From: an uncultured Chloroflexia bacterium
GTDB taxonomy: Bacteria; Chloroflexota; Limnocylindria; Limnocylindrales; CSP1-4
Reading direction: 5' to 3'
DNA: 64,000 nucleotides
Assembly (NCBI GenBank): GCA_963783055.1
Contig: CAWAMB010000004.1
Location: forward strand, 803,368 to 867,367
Under the pieces are notes generated by a model, which had not been told where the DNA came from, made no database searches, and was given only the letters and a program-made list of their open reading frames with translations. A program made the translations under genes and the position numbers. Positions 21,082-29,529 of the stretch are shown piece after piece. Each line of letters begins with the position of its first letter. Within the stretch, counting starts at the first letter, position 1.

Positions 21082-21945
21082 ATGACCGCCGCCCAGGATC
21101 CGTCTCCCGTCGTCCGGGTCGCCGGCGTCGACAAGACCTTCACCCGGGGCGATCGCGTCCTGACCAAGGCGCTCGAGGGCATCGACCTCGACGTCGGCCG
21201 CGGCGAGTTCGTGTCCCTCATCGGGCCGTCCGGCTGCGGCAAGTCGACCCTGCTCCGGATCGTCGGCGACCTGATCTCGCCGAGCAATGGCACGGTCACC
21301 GTCAACGGCAAGAGCGCCGAACAGGCGCGCCGCGACCGCGACTACGGGATGGTCTTCCAGGCGCCGGTCCTGTTCGACTGGCGGACCGTCGAGGACAACG
21401 TCAAGCTGCCGCTCGAGATCCTCGGCCAGGACGCCGCGACGCGCACGAAGCGGGCGCGCGAGATGCTCGAGCTCGTCGAGCTCGGGGACTTCCTCAAGCA
21501 CCATCCGTACCAGCTGTCGGGCGGGATGCAGCAGCGCGTGGCCATCGCCCGGGCACTGGCGTTCCAGCCGTCGATCCTGCTCATGGACGAGCCGTTCGGG
21601 GCGCTCGACGAGATGACCCGCGAACGGATGAACGGCGAGGTCCTCCGGATCTGGGAGCAGACCGGGACGACGATCCTGTTCGTGACCCACTCGATCCCGG
21701 AGGCGGTGTTCCTGTCCTCGCGGGTCGTCGTGATGAGTGCCCGGCCCGGCCGGATCACGAAGGTCATCGACATCGACCTCGCCCGTCCCCGCAACGACGA
21801 CACACGCGAGACGCGCCGCTACTTCGAGCTGGTCACCGAGGTCCGCGAGGCGCTCCGCTCGGGTGGGGCGACGGCCGACGACCTCGGGCCGGCCGCCGAT
21901 GAAGCCGCGATCGAGCGGGCCATGGCCGAGGGCTCGATCGGGTGA
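21082..21945 (+). CDS. ABC transporter ATP-binding protein
   Basis: Walker A GPSGCGKST, signature LSGGMQQRV and Walker B LLMDEPFGALD. ATG at 21082. Confidence 0.9.
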   Translation: MTAAQDPSPVVRVAGVDKTFTRGDRVLTKALEGIDLDVGRGEFVSLIGPSGCGKSTLLRIVGDLISPSNGTVTVNGKSAEQARRDRDYGMVFQAPVLFDWRTVEDNVKLPLEILGQDAATRTKRAREMLELVELGDFLKHHPYQLSGGMQQRVAIARALAFQPSILLMDEPFGALDEMTRERMNGEVLRIWEQTGTTILFVTHSIPEAVFLSSRVVVMSARPGRITKVIDIDLARPRNDDTRETRRYFELVTEVREALRSGGATADDLGPAADEAAIERAMAEGSIG

Positions 21946-22797
21946 GCGTCGGGCTCGGTCTCCCGCGCTCCACGGCCGATCCCGCCGGCGCAGCGTTCCG
22001 GGCACGGCGGGCCGGTCGCTCCGCGTCGTCGTTCCTACCGCCGGTCGTCGTCCTGGTCGGCGTGATCCTCGGCCTCGAGTTCGGGCTGACGGCGCTCCGG
22101 ATCGAGTCGTTCCTGGTCCCCAAGCCGTCAACGGTCGCGGCGGCCCTCGGCGCCAACTGGGGGAGCGGCCGGTTCGCCCTCCTGCCGTCCGCGCTGGCGA
22201 CCCTCCAGGAAGCCGTGACCGGGCTGCTGATCGGGACCGTCGCCGGCGTCGCCGTCGCGTTCGCAACGGCCCGCTGGGTCGGGGCGCGGGGCCTCCTTCT
22301 GCCCCTGGCCGTCGCCGCCAACGCCATCCCGATCGTCGCCTTCGCCCCGCTCATCAACAACTGGTTCGGCCTGCTCAACCCACTGTCCAAGGCGCTGATG
22401 GCGGCCGTGCTCGTCTTCTTCCCGGTCATGGCCAACGTGACGCGCGGCCTCGTCCAGGTCGAGCCGTCGGCCGTCGAGCTGATGCGCTCCTATGCCGCGA
22501 GCGAATGGACGATTCTGCGCAAGGTCCGCATCCCGAACGCACTGCCGTACTTCTTCACCGCCATGAAGGTCGCGACGACCCTCAGCCTGATCGGCGCCAT
22601 CGTCGGCGAGTACTTCGGCGGCTCGAGCTCGGTCCTCGGCCGGGTCATCGTCCAGAGCGCGAGCGCCCTGAAGTTCGACGTCACCTGGGCGGCGATCCTG
22701 CTCGGCGCGGCGACCGGGATCGCGTTCTACGCCGTCGTCGTGGTCGCCGAGCGGCTGGTGGTGCCGTGGGCGGCGGCGCATGCGCAGCGACGGCTGA
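21942..22797 (+). CDS. ABC transporter permease (second subunit); 3' end uncertain because its frame has no stop before the next gene
   Basis: EAA-like MRSYAASEWTILRKVRIPNALPYFF. The frame runs without a stop into the binding-protein gene. Third-position GC falls after about 22790, and a TGA at 22795-22797 is reachable by a 1-nt shift in the gggcggcggcgc run. Confidence 0.75.
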
Positions 22798-22958
22798 GAC
22801 GTTCCGCCGCGCGGCTGAGGAGATCCACGCGACGTCTGATCTGCCCGAAACGCGTGACCGCCGACGGATGGAGGTCGTATCCTTCCGGCCTTGGCGACGT
22901 GCAATCGTCGGAAGGGAGCGCGCTCCGCGAGGGCCGGGGCGCGAGGCAGGAGGAGTGC

Positions 22959-24165
22959 ATGAAGATCAAGCGCGGATTCGCGCTGGCGGCAGCGGGCATG
23001 ATGGTGGTCGCCGGCTGTACGCCTGCCGCGACGACCGCACCGGCGTCGCAGGTCCCGGCCAGCGTCGCGCCGACGACGGCCGCCTCGGTCCCGGCGAGCT
23101 CCACGTCGCCGTCGACCCCGGCATCGGCGCCGGCCAGCGTCCGGCTCCAGCTCCAGTGGACGCCGCAGGCCCAGTTCGCCGGCTACTTCGCGGCCGACAA
23201 GCAGGGCTATTTCGCGGCCGAGAACCTGACCGTCGACGATGGTTCCGGGCGGCCCGACGGTCGTTCCCCAGGTCGAGGGCTCGAAGGCCGACGGCCCCGA
23301 GTTCACGATCAGCTGGGTTCCGAAGGTCCTCGAGGCCCGCGAGGCCGCGACACCTTCGGACCTGATCGACATCGCCCAGGTGTTCCAGCGCTCCGGCACG
23401 CTGTCCGTGACCTGGAAGGACACCGGCCTCGACGAACCGTGCAAGCTGGCCGGCAAGAAGGTCGGCGTCTGGGACTTCGGCAACGAGTTCGAAGTGACGG
23501 CCGGTCTCCTGACCTGCGGGCTGACGCCGGGTCTCGAGAACAACGGCAAGCCCGACACGCAGTACCAGAAGGTCATCCAGGCGTTCGACATGAAGGCGTT
23601 CCTCGCCCGCGAGATCGACGCCGCCGAGGCCATGATCTACAACGAATACGCCCAGGTCCTGGAGGCCACCGATCCCGCGACCGGTGAGCTCTACAAGCCG
23701 GACCTGCTCAACGTGATCAACTGGAACGACTACCGCGTCGCGATGCTCCAGGACGCGATCTTCGTCCGCAAGTCGTGGCTCGAGACAGGCGCCAACCGCG
23801 ATGTCGCGGTCCGCTTCGTGCGAGCCTCGCTGAAGGGCTGGATCTACTGCCGCGACCATCCGGACGACTGCGTCCAGTACACCACCGACGCCGGCAGCCA
23901 GCTCGGCGCCGGCCACCAGAAGTGGATGATGAACGAGGTCAATGCCCTCGTCTGGCCGTCGCCGGGTGGCGTCGGGATGATCGACCCCGTGTTCTGGGGA
24001 CAGACCGTCAAGATCTCGAAGACCACCGGGATCATCAAGGCCGACCCGTCCATCGACGCCTACACGACGGACATCGTCAAGGAGGCCCTCGCGGGCATCA
24101 CCGACGATGCGAAGGGCGAAGGCTTCCAGAAGGGGACCGTCGAGGTCACCGCGAACGGCAACTGA
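22959..24165 (+). pseudogene. ABC transporter substrate-binding lipoprotein (NMT1/THI5-like), frame shift at about 23238
   Basis: aggagg RBS, then MKIKRGFALAAAGMMVVAGC (lipobox), then VRLQLQWTPQAQFAGYFAADKQGYFAAENLTVD. The continuation MVPGGPTVVPQVEGSKADGPEFTISW... is in the +1 frame (ORF 23239..24165). Confidence 0.8.
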
Positions 24166-24206
24166 GCCGTCACTGAGCCCGGCTCCGCACTTCGGCACCT
24201 GAACGT

Positions 24207-24233
24207 CCGGCCGGTCCCGCGAGGGGCCGGCCG
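24207..24233 (+). terminator. GC-rich stem-loop after the ABC importer operon
   Basis: ccggccggtccc-gcga-ggggccggccg (about a 10-bp stem with one mismatch) lies 42 nt after the binding-protein stop. No U-tract. Confidence 0.4.
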
Positions 24234-24471
24234 AACGATTCACTGGTGCGTTCCCGGCCGAATCCGGGACCTTTGTAACGGTCCGTGGGGTCGATCGGGC
24301 TGGCCTGCCGGGCTAGACTGAGGCGAGGCGTCCGCGACAATCGGGGACGACCAGCGGCCCGATGCGCGCCCCGCCCGCCCCAGCGGACGAGGCCACGAGT
24401 CATCGTCCAAGGCCCACACCCGCGGCTTCCGATCGGCTCGTCCGCCCGGCCCGTCGCGCAGGAGGTGCCCC

Positions 24472-25221
24472 ATGCACACCCGCTTCCGCCGCCCCGTCCA
24501 GGTGGACGGCCCGGCCACACCCCACGCGGGCTTCTCGCGGCCGCCCCGCTCGCGGTCGCCCCGCCGGCTTGCCGTGCTCGTGGCCGCGGCGTTCGTGCTG
24601 CTGAGCGCAACCGGTGCGGCGCCGGCCCCGGCACGAGCTGCCGAGACCCACCGGGTCGACCTGTACTTCAGCGCCGGCTACGAGCGCCAGATCGACAGCC
24701 GGACGTGCACCGCTGCGGCCGTCGCGATGATGATGAACTTCATCGCCCGACGCGACCTGAATCTCGGCCAGATGTTCATCCTCCGGTGGGAGCAGCCGCG
24801 GGACGCCCTGGCGAACTCGGTCCAGCGCGGCTCGGACCCGCTCGGCTGGGCGCGGGCCGCGACCTACTTCTCGAGCCGGACCGGCAAGCCGACCACGTAC
24901 AACTGGGAGGCGTACGGCAGTGCCCGGAGCGCCCTCCATCGTGCCGCCGAGCAGATCGCCAAGACCGGCAAGCCGGTCGGGCTGCTCGTCGCCCACGGAA
25001 CGCACGCGATGGTCATGACCGGGTTCGAGGCGTCGGAGAACCCGGCCATGACCGACTCCTACCGCCTGTACTCGATCATCGCGTCCGATCCGTACGGCGC
25101 CGCCCACCGCGCCTACGACGCGCGCAACTCGCCCCTGAACGCCTACACCCAGACCGACGCGACGCCGTGGTACGACTCGCAGTGGTACGGGCGCTACATC
25201 GTGATCGTGCCGCAGGGCTGA
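24472..25221 (+). CDS. Secreted papain-fold cysteine peptidase-like protein (C39-like domain)
   Basis: The signal peptide ends APAPARAAE. Candidate Cys nucleophile in QIDSRTCTAAAVAMMMNF and candidate His in VAHGTHAMVMTGF. The family assignment is by pattern only. Confidence 0.5.
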   Translation: MHTRFRRPVQVDGPATPHAGFSRPPRSRSPRRLAVLVAAAFVLLSATGAAPAPARAAETHRVDLYFSAGYERQIDSRTCTAAAVAMMMNFIARRDLNLGQMFILRWEQPRDALANSVQRGSDPLGWARAATYFSSRTGKPTTYNWEAYGSARSALHRAAEQIAKTGKPVGLLVAHGTHAMVMTGFEASENPAMTDSYRLYSIIASDPYGAAHRAYDARNSPLNAYTQTDATPWYDSQWYGRYIVIVPQG

Positions 25222-25309
25222 CGCCTCGGGCTGTCGAAGGGTCGGCGGACAGGCGGAGGCCGGGCACCCCGATCGATGGGATGCCCGGCCGAGGATGGCA
25301 GGGGAGAGA

Positions 25310-25822
25310 TCAGCCCTCGGCCAGCAGCGCCGCGAGGCGATCCCAGGTCTCGATCGCGCCCTTGGCCATGCCGGTTGCCAGGGCGCCCTCGATGGCGTCG
25401 GCCGAGCCCATGTGGCCGATCGACGTGACCTTGGTCCGGCCGTCGACGTCCTCGAAGTGGTGCGTCTCGGGACCGCCCATCGGCCCGATGCCCTCCACGT
25501 CGAACATGAACGTCCAGCGGAAGCGCTTCGGTGGGTCGATCTCGAGGTATTCACCGTAGAACGTGACGTCGTCGCGATCGGGCGCGCTGCTGACGTAGCG
25601 CCACGTGCCACCCGGCCGGACGTCCATCTCGGCGACGACCGTGGTGGTCCCGTGCGGGCCCCACCAGCGGGGGACGAGCTCCGGGTCGGTGAAGGCCTTC
25701 CAGACCTGGTCGCGGGATGCGTCGAAGGTGCGCTCGAAGACGAGGTCTCCGTCCTCCGAGTAGATCGTCGTGGTGGGGGTGCTACCCCGGTCGATTCGCG
25801 GCGCGGTCATCGTCGTCTCCAT
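25310..25822 (-). CDS. SRPBCC family protein (AHSA1/START-like)
   Basis: FERTFDASRDQVWKAFTDPELVPRWWGPHG...FYGEYLEIDPPKRFRWTF is a classical Aha1-like SRPBCC pattern. Confidence 0.8.
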   Translation of the reverse strand: METTMTAPRIDRGSTPTTTIYSEDGDLVFERTFDASRDQVWKAFTDPELVPRWWGPHGTTTVVAEMDVRPGGTWRYVSSAPDRDDVTFYGEYLEIDPPKRFRWTFMFDVEGIGPMGGPETHHFEDVDGRTKVTSIGHMGSADAIEGALATGMAKGAIETWDRLAALLAEG

Positions 25823-26171
25823 CTCGGGTCTCCTTGTCGGGTTCCGTGGCGTTGATCTCGCGGAGGTAGGCGTCCAGGCGTTCGAAGCTGTCCTCCCAGT
25901 GGCGGCGGTACTGGCCGACCCAGTCGGCGACATCCCGCAATGGACCCGCCCGGAGGCGGCGCGGACGCCACTGGGCCTGGCGCCCCTGCTCGATCAGGCC
26001 GGCCCGCTCGAGCACCCTGAGATGCTTCGAAATCGCGGGCTGGGTCATGTCGAAGGGGGCGGCGAGGTCCTTGACCGAGGCCTCGCCGGCGGCCAGGCGG
26101 GCGAGGATCGCCCGGCGGGTCGGATCGGCGAGGGCGGCGAAGGTGGCGCTGAGGGGGTCGGTCGGCTGCAT
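25782..26171 (-). CDS. ArsR/SmtB family transcriptional regulator
   Basis: FAALADPTRRAILARLAAGEASVKDLAAPFDMTQPAISKHLRVLERAGLI. It overlaps the downstream SRPBCC gene, which is a common pairing. Confidence 0.85.
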   Translation of the reverse strand: MQPTDPLSATFAALADPTRRAILARLAAGEASVKDLAAPFDMTQPAISKHLRVLERAGLIEQGRQAQWRPRRLRAGPLRDVADWVGQYRRHWEDSFERLDAYLREINATEPDKETRDGDDDDRAANRPG

Positions 26172-26178
26172 TGGTGGA

Positions 26179-26208
26179 GTACCTAGTGGTTATATAACCT
26201 GTGGGTAC
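26179..26208. promoter_or_regulatory. 30-bp imperfect palindrome with perfect 12-bp core GGTTATATAACC, directly upstream of the ArsR-SRPBCC operon
   Basis: gtacc-tagt-GGTTATATAACC-tgtg-ggtac starts 8 nt upstream of the ATG at 26171. It is an AT-rich island in GC-rich DNA and a candidate autoregulatory operator overlapping a -10-like element. Confidence 0.5.
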
Positions 26209-26290
26209 TGTACAACGCTTGACGCCGATGTCAAGGCCCGGGCTCTATCCATGAGAATCTGGCCGCGCAAGCCAGGCAGCAACGACCGAG

Positions 26291-27250
26291 CTAGCGCGGC
26301 ACGTACCGCGCGCGCACCGCCGCCGTCGTCGAGGCCGGGAGCGCGTCAGAGTCCAGCAGCTCCTCGAGCGTCATCGACGCGAACGTGGACGGGTCGGCGA
26401 GGAGGTCCCGGTAGCGCGCGCAGAGGCCGGCGACGTCGACATTGCCGGCGGGGTGGATCACGACGTAGCGGCCCCAGGTCCACGACCCGGCCGGGTGCTG
26501 GAGCATCGACAGGAGCAGCAGGTGCTCGAGCCACATGACCGCCAGCTCGGAGCGGCCCTTCACCTGGTCGATGGCGCCCGGCGCGAAGATCCCGGACTGC
26601 TCCGCGACCGACACCGTGCGCCAGAGGTTCTGGGGCTTCGGGGTCTCATGCTTCGCCCGCTCGTGGAGCTTCACGTCGACGGCAACGATGCCCGCCGTTC
26701 CGTCATCGCGATCGAGGACGAACGCCGCGTCGAAGGACCGAAGGCTGTTCAGGTACTCCGGATCAAGCCGGCCCGGCGAGTGCTCGAACCGGATCTCGCG
26801 GACGGTGCCCGGCGCGTCGGGCCACCAGGCGTGGGCGGCCCGGTCCGCGAGAGTCGGGTCCGTGGCCAGGTCGCCGAACAGGTTGAACGCAAGGGCCTCC
26901 GACGAGAGCAGATCGGCCCACAGGCGCTGGTGGTCGAAGCTCTGGTGGCGCTCGATGAACGCCGTCCGCGCCCGGGCCGCACCAAGGGCGCCGGGTGTCA
27001 CGAGGTTGGCGCCGGTTTCGCGCCCGTATTCGAGCGGGATCCGGCTGCCGACGGGCCGGGCCGCCGGCCGGTTCGGATGGGGCAGGATCGGCTGGGTCCC
27101 GATCGGGTGGCCGTGCCCCTCCCGCCAGCGCGCCTGTTCGAGGCGCGTGCGCTGGCGAAATGCGGTCATGTCCGGTCGGCGGGCGATCTGATCGTCCGCC
27201 TCCCAGCAGCGGGCGGCCTCGAGCTCCGCGCGAGTCGGCCCGGCGGTCAC
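26291..27250 (-). CDS. Hypothetical protein, possible PD-(D/E)XK nuclease fold
   Basis: ORF 26291..27400(-). Start at GTG 27250 or ATG 27169, both after the upp stop at 27258. Candidate motif ...FDAAFVLDRDDGTAGIVAVDVKLHERAK (D...DxK). There is also an SSEALAFNLFGD segment. High GC3 by eye. Confidence 0.5.
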   Translation of the reverse strand: MTAGPTRAELEAARCWEADDQIARRPDMTAFRQRTRLEQARWREGHGHPIGTQPILPHPNRPAARPVGSRIPLEYGRETGANLVTPGALGAARARTAFIERHQSFDHQRLWADLLSSEALAFNLFGDLATDPTLADRAAHAWWPDAPGTVREIRFEHSPGRLDPEYLNSLRSFDAAFVLDRDDGTAGIVAVDVKLHERAKHETPKPQNLWRTVSVAEQSGIFAPGAIDQVKGRSELAVMWLEHLLLLSMLQHPAGSWTWGRYVVIHPAGNVDVAGLCARYRDLLADPSTFASMTLEELLDSDALPASTTAAVRARYVPR

Positions 27251-27257
27251 CCTGGCG

Positions 27258-27902
27258 TCAGTCGGCCTTGCCGGTTCCGAACTGACGATCACCGGCGTCA
27301 CCGAGGCCCGGCATGATGTAGCCCTTCTCGTTGAGCTGGCGGTCGAGCGATGCGCAGTGGATCTCGACGTCCGGATGCGCCGCCGCGACCGCGGCCACAC
27401 CCTCCGGTGCGGCGATCAGGTTGACCAGCTTGATCCGGACCGCGCCCCACTTCTTCAGGACATCGATCGCGGCGGTCGCGCTGCCGCCGGTGGCGAGCAT
27501 CGGGTCGAGGATCAGGCACAGGTCGACGGAGTGCGAGTCCGGCAGCTTGTTGTAGTACTCGACCGGCTGGAGCGTCCGTTCGTCCCGGAACAGCCCGAGA
27601 TGCCAGACCTCCGCGGTCGGCATCAGCTCGAGCATGGCGTCGACCATGCCGAGGCCGGCGCGGAGGATCGGCACCAGGCCGATCCGGTCGGCGAGCTGAG
27701 CGGCCTCCATCTCCTCGATCGGGGTCCGGATCGTCAGCGGCCGGACCTCGACGTCGGCGAGGGCCTCGTAGCCGAGCAGCCACGAGAGCTCGCGGACGAC
27801 CTCCCGGAACTTCTTCGGCTCGGTCTTCACGTCGCGCAGGACGGCGAGCTTGTGGAGGATTGCCGGGTGGCTCGAGACGTGGAGCGTGGGCGGCTGGGAC
27901 AT
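27258..27902 (-). CDS. upp: Uracil phosphoribosyltransferase
   Basis: [11 protein letters not shown], the PRPP motif [13 protein letters not shown] and [12 protein letters not shown]. Confidence 0.9.
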   Translation of the reverse strand: MSQPPTLHVSSHPAILHKLAVLRDVKTEPKKFREVVRELSWLLGYEALADVEVRPLTIRTPIEEMEAAQLADRIGLVPILRAGLGMVDAMLELMPTAEVWHLGLFRDERTLQPVEYYNKLPDSHSVDLCLILDPMLATGGSATAAIDVLKKWGAVRIKLVNLIAAPEGVAAVAAAHPDVEIHCASLDRQLNEKGYIMPGLGDAGDRQFGTGKAD

Positions 27903-28208
27903 CACGGGGCCTCCGGACGATGGGCACATCGCCGCGACTGGACGGGATCGGTGGTCGCGAAATCCTAGCAAGGCCGGACCGGCGCGGGACGAACGGGCGG
28001 CGCGTCAGCGGCACGCTGACGTGGCCTTGGCCGCCCGGCCGCACGAGCGAGCGCGCAACCGTGTAGCGTCCGCTCCGGCTGGGTCGATCCGGATGGCTTG
28101 TCGCGAGTGCCCCGCGCGTGTCGTTCGCGTCGATCCAGCCGTCGTCTCGCCCGCGGGCGGCAGATCCGCGGCCGCAGGACGAGGCCGGCGCGCTATCCTC
28201 GCGGGACC

Positions 28209-29465
28209 GTGACGACGATCGATTCCCCGACCCCTCCGGCCAGCCAGAAGGTCGACGCGCCGCGGCCCGGGCGGGCAACGCGGACCGGTCCGGCACGAGC
28301 GCCGCGCAAGCCCGCGCCGATCCTCGTCCGCCAGCTGCGCGGCGGTATCGAGGAGAGCGTCCATCGCGGCGACGTCGTCGAGGTCGATGTCGACGGCTCC
28401 CTGATCCGCGGGCTCGGCGATCCGGATCGGGTCGCGAACCTCCGGAGCTGCGTCAAGCCGTTCGGCGTCGCCACCCTCATCGAGGCCGGCGGGATCGACG
28501 CGTTCGATCTCGAGCCGGCCGAGCTGGCCCTGATGGCCAGCTCGCACTCGGGCGAAGACCTCCACGTCCGAACCCTCCAGGGCCTGTACCGCCGGGCGGG
28601 CGTCAGCCAGACCCTCATCGCGACCGGGTCCGAGGGCATGCCCCTCGACGCGCTGACCGCCATGCGACTGGCCCGCGACGGCGAGAAGGCCAGCCCCGTC
28701 CGTCACATGTGCTCGGGCCAGCACTCGGTATTCCTGCTGCTCTCGCGCCTCAAGGGCTGGGACCCGGAGCGCTACTGGCTCGACGACCATCCCGCCCAGG
28801 TCGAGTACCGCGCGGTGGTGGCGCGGGCATTCGGGACGACGCCGGGCAAGCTCCGGACGGCGATCGACGGCTGTGGCGTCGCGACCTATGCGTTCCGCCT
28901 GCGCGAGATCGCTCGCGCCTATGCCCTCCTGGCCGATCCGTCGGCGGTCGGCTCTTCGGATGCCCGGTCCTCCCTGGCGCCGGCGTTGACCCTCGTCCGC
29001 GACGCGATGCTGGCCCATCCGGAGATCGTCGGTGGGACCCGCGACCGGCTCGACACCTCGTTGATGAAGGCGGCGCCAGGCCGGATCGTGAGCAAGGGCG
29101 GGATGGAGGCGCTGCGCGGTCTGGCAATCCTGCCGGGGATCCGGCCCGGGGCGAACGGCGGCGCGACAGGCGCGGCGGGCGCAGCCGCCGGCGGCGCGAA
29201 CGCCGCCGGCGCGGCAGCGTCGGCGGCCGCTCCGACCGTTAGTCCGGCGACCGGGATCGCCATCAAGATCGAGGACGGCGATGGCTATGAGCGCGGCACT
29301 TGGGCGGCGACCGTCGAGGTCCTCGTCCAGGCCGGCGCGCTCGAGCCGCAGGCGATCCGGATGCTCTCGCGCTATCACCGGCCGGCCGAGCTCGATCCGC
29401 ACGGTCGGGTCGGCGCCGAGGCGGTCCCGGACTTCGATCTCGCACCACTCGGCGAGCTCGTCTAG
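28209..29465 (+). CDS. Asparaginase (Asparaginase_II / Rhizobium-type family) with Ala/Gly-rich insertion
   Basis: ESVHRGDVVEVD...RSCVKPFG...ASSHSGEDLHV...HMCSGQHS...AIDGCGV...IVSKGGMEAL. The start is uncertain (GTG 28209 chosen; the track ORF begins at 28098). Confidence 0.75.
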   Translation: MTTIDSPTPPASQKVDAPRPGRATRTGPARAPRKPAPILVRQLRGGIEESVHRGDVVEVDVDGSLIRGLGDPDRVANLRSCVKPFGVATLIEAGGIDAFDLEPAELALMASSHSGEDLHVRTLQGLYRRAGVSQTLIATGSEGMPLDALTAMRLARDGEKASPVRHMCSGQHSVFLLLSRLKGWDPERYWLDDHPAQVEYRAVVARAFGTTPGKLRTAIDGCGVATYAFRLREIARAYALLADPSAVGSSDARSSLAPALTLVRDAMLAHPEIVGGTRDRLDTSLMKAAPGRIVSKGGMEALRGLAILPGIRPGANGGATGAAGAAAGGANAAGAAASAAAPTVSPATGIAIKIEDGDGYERGTWAATVEVLVQAGALEPQAIRMLSRYHRPAELDPHGRVGAEAVPDFDLAPLGELV

Positions 29466-29529
29466 GGGTTTGTCTGGCGCCGCTCCATGCGGTCGCCGCT
29501 CGACATCGCACGATCGGCCGGCAACGGGC

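Noticed and set aside
21942-23687. Permease / binding-protein fusion suggested by the 581-aa ORF.
   Set aside because: A strong aggagg RBS and a lipoprotein signal peptide mark an independent start at 22959. The 55 linking codons have poor codon bias. The tail after 23238 is out of frame with the real binding protein (ORF 23239..24165).
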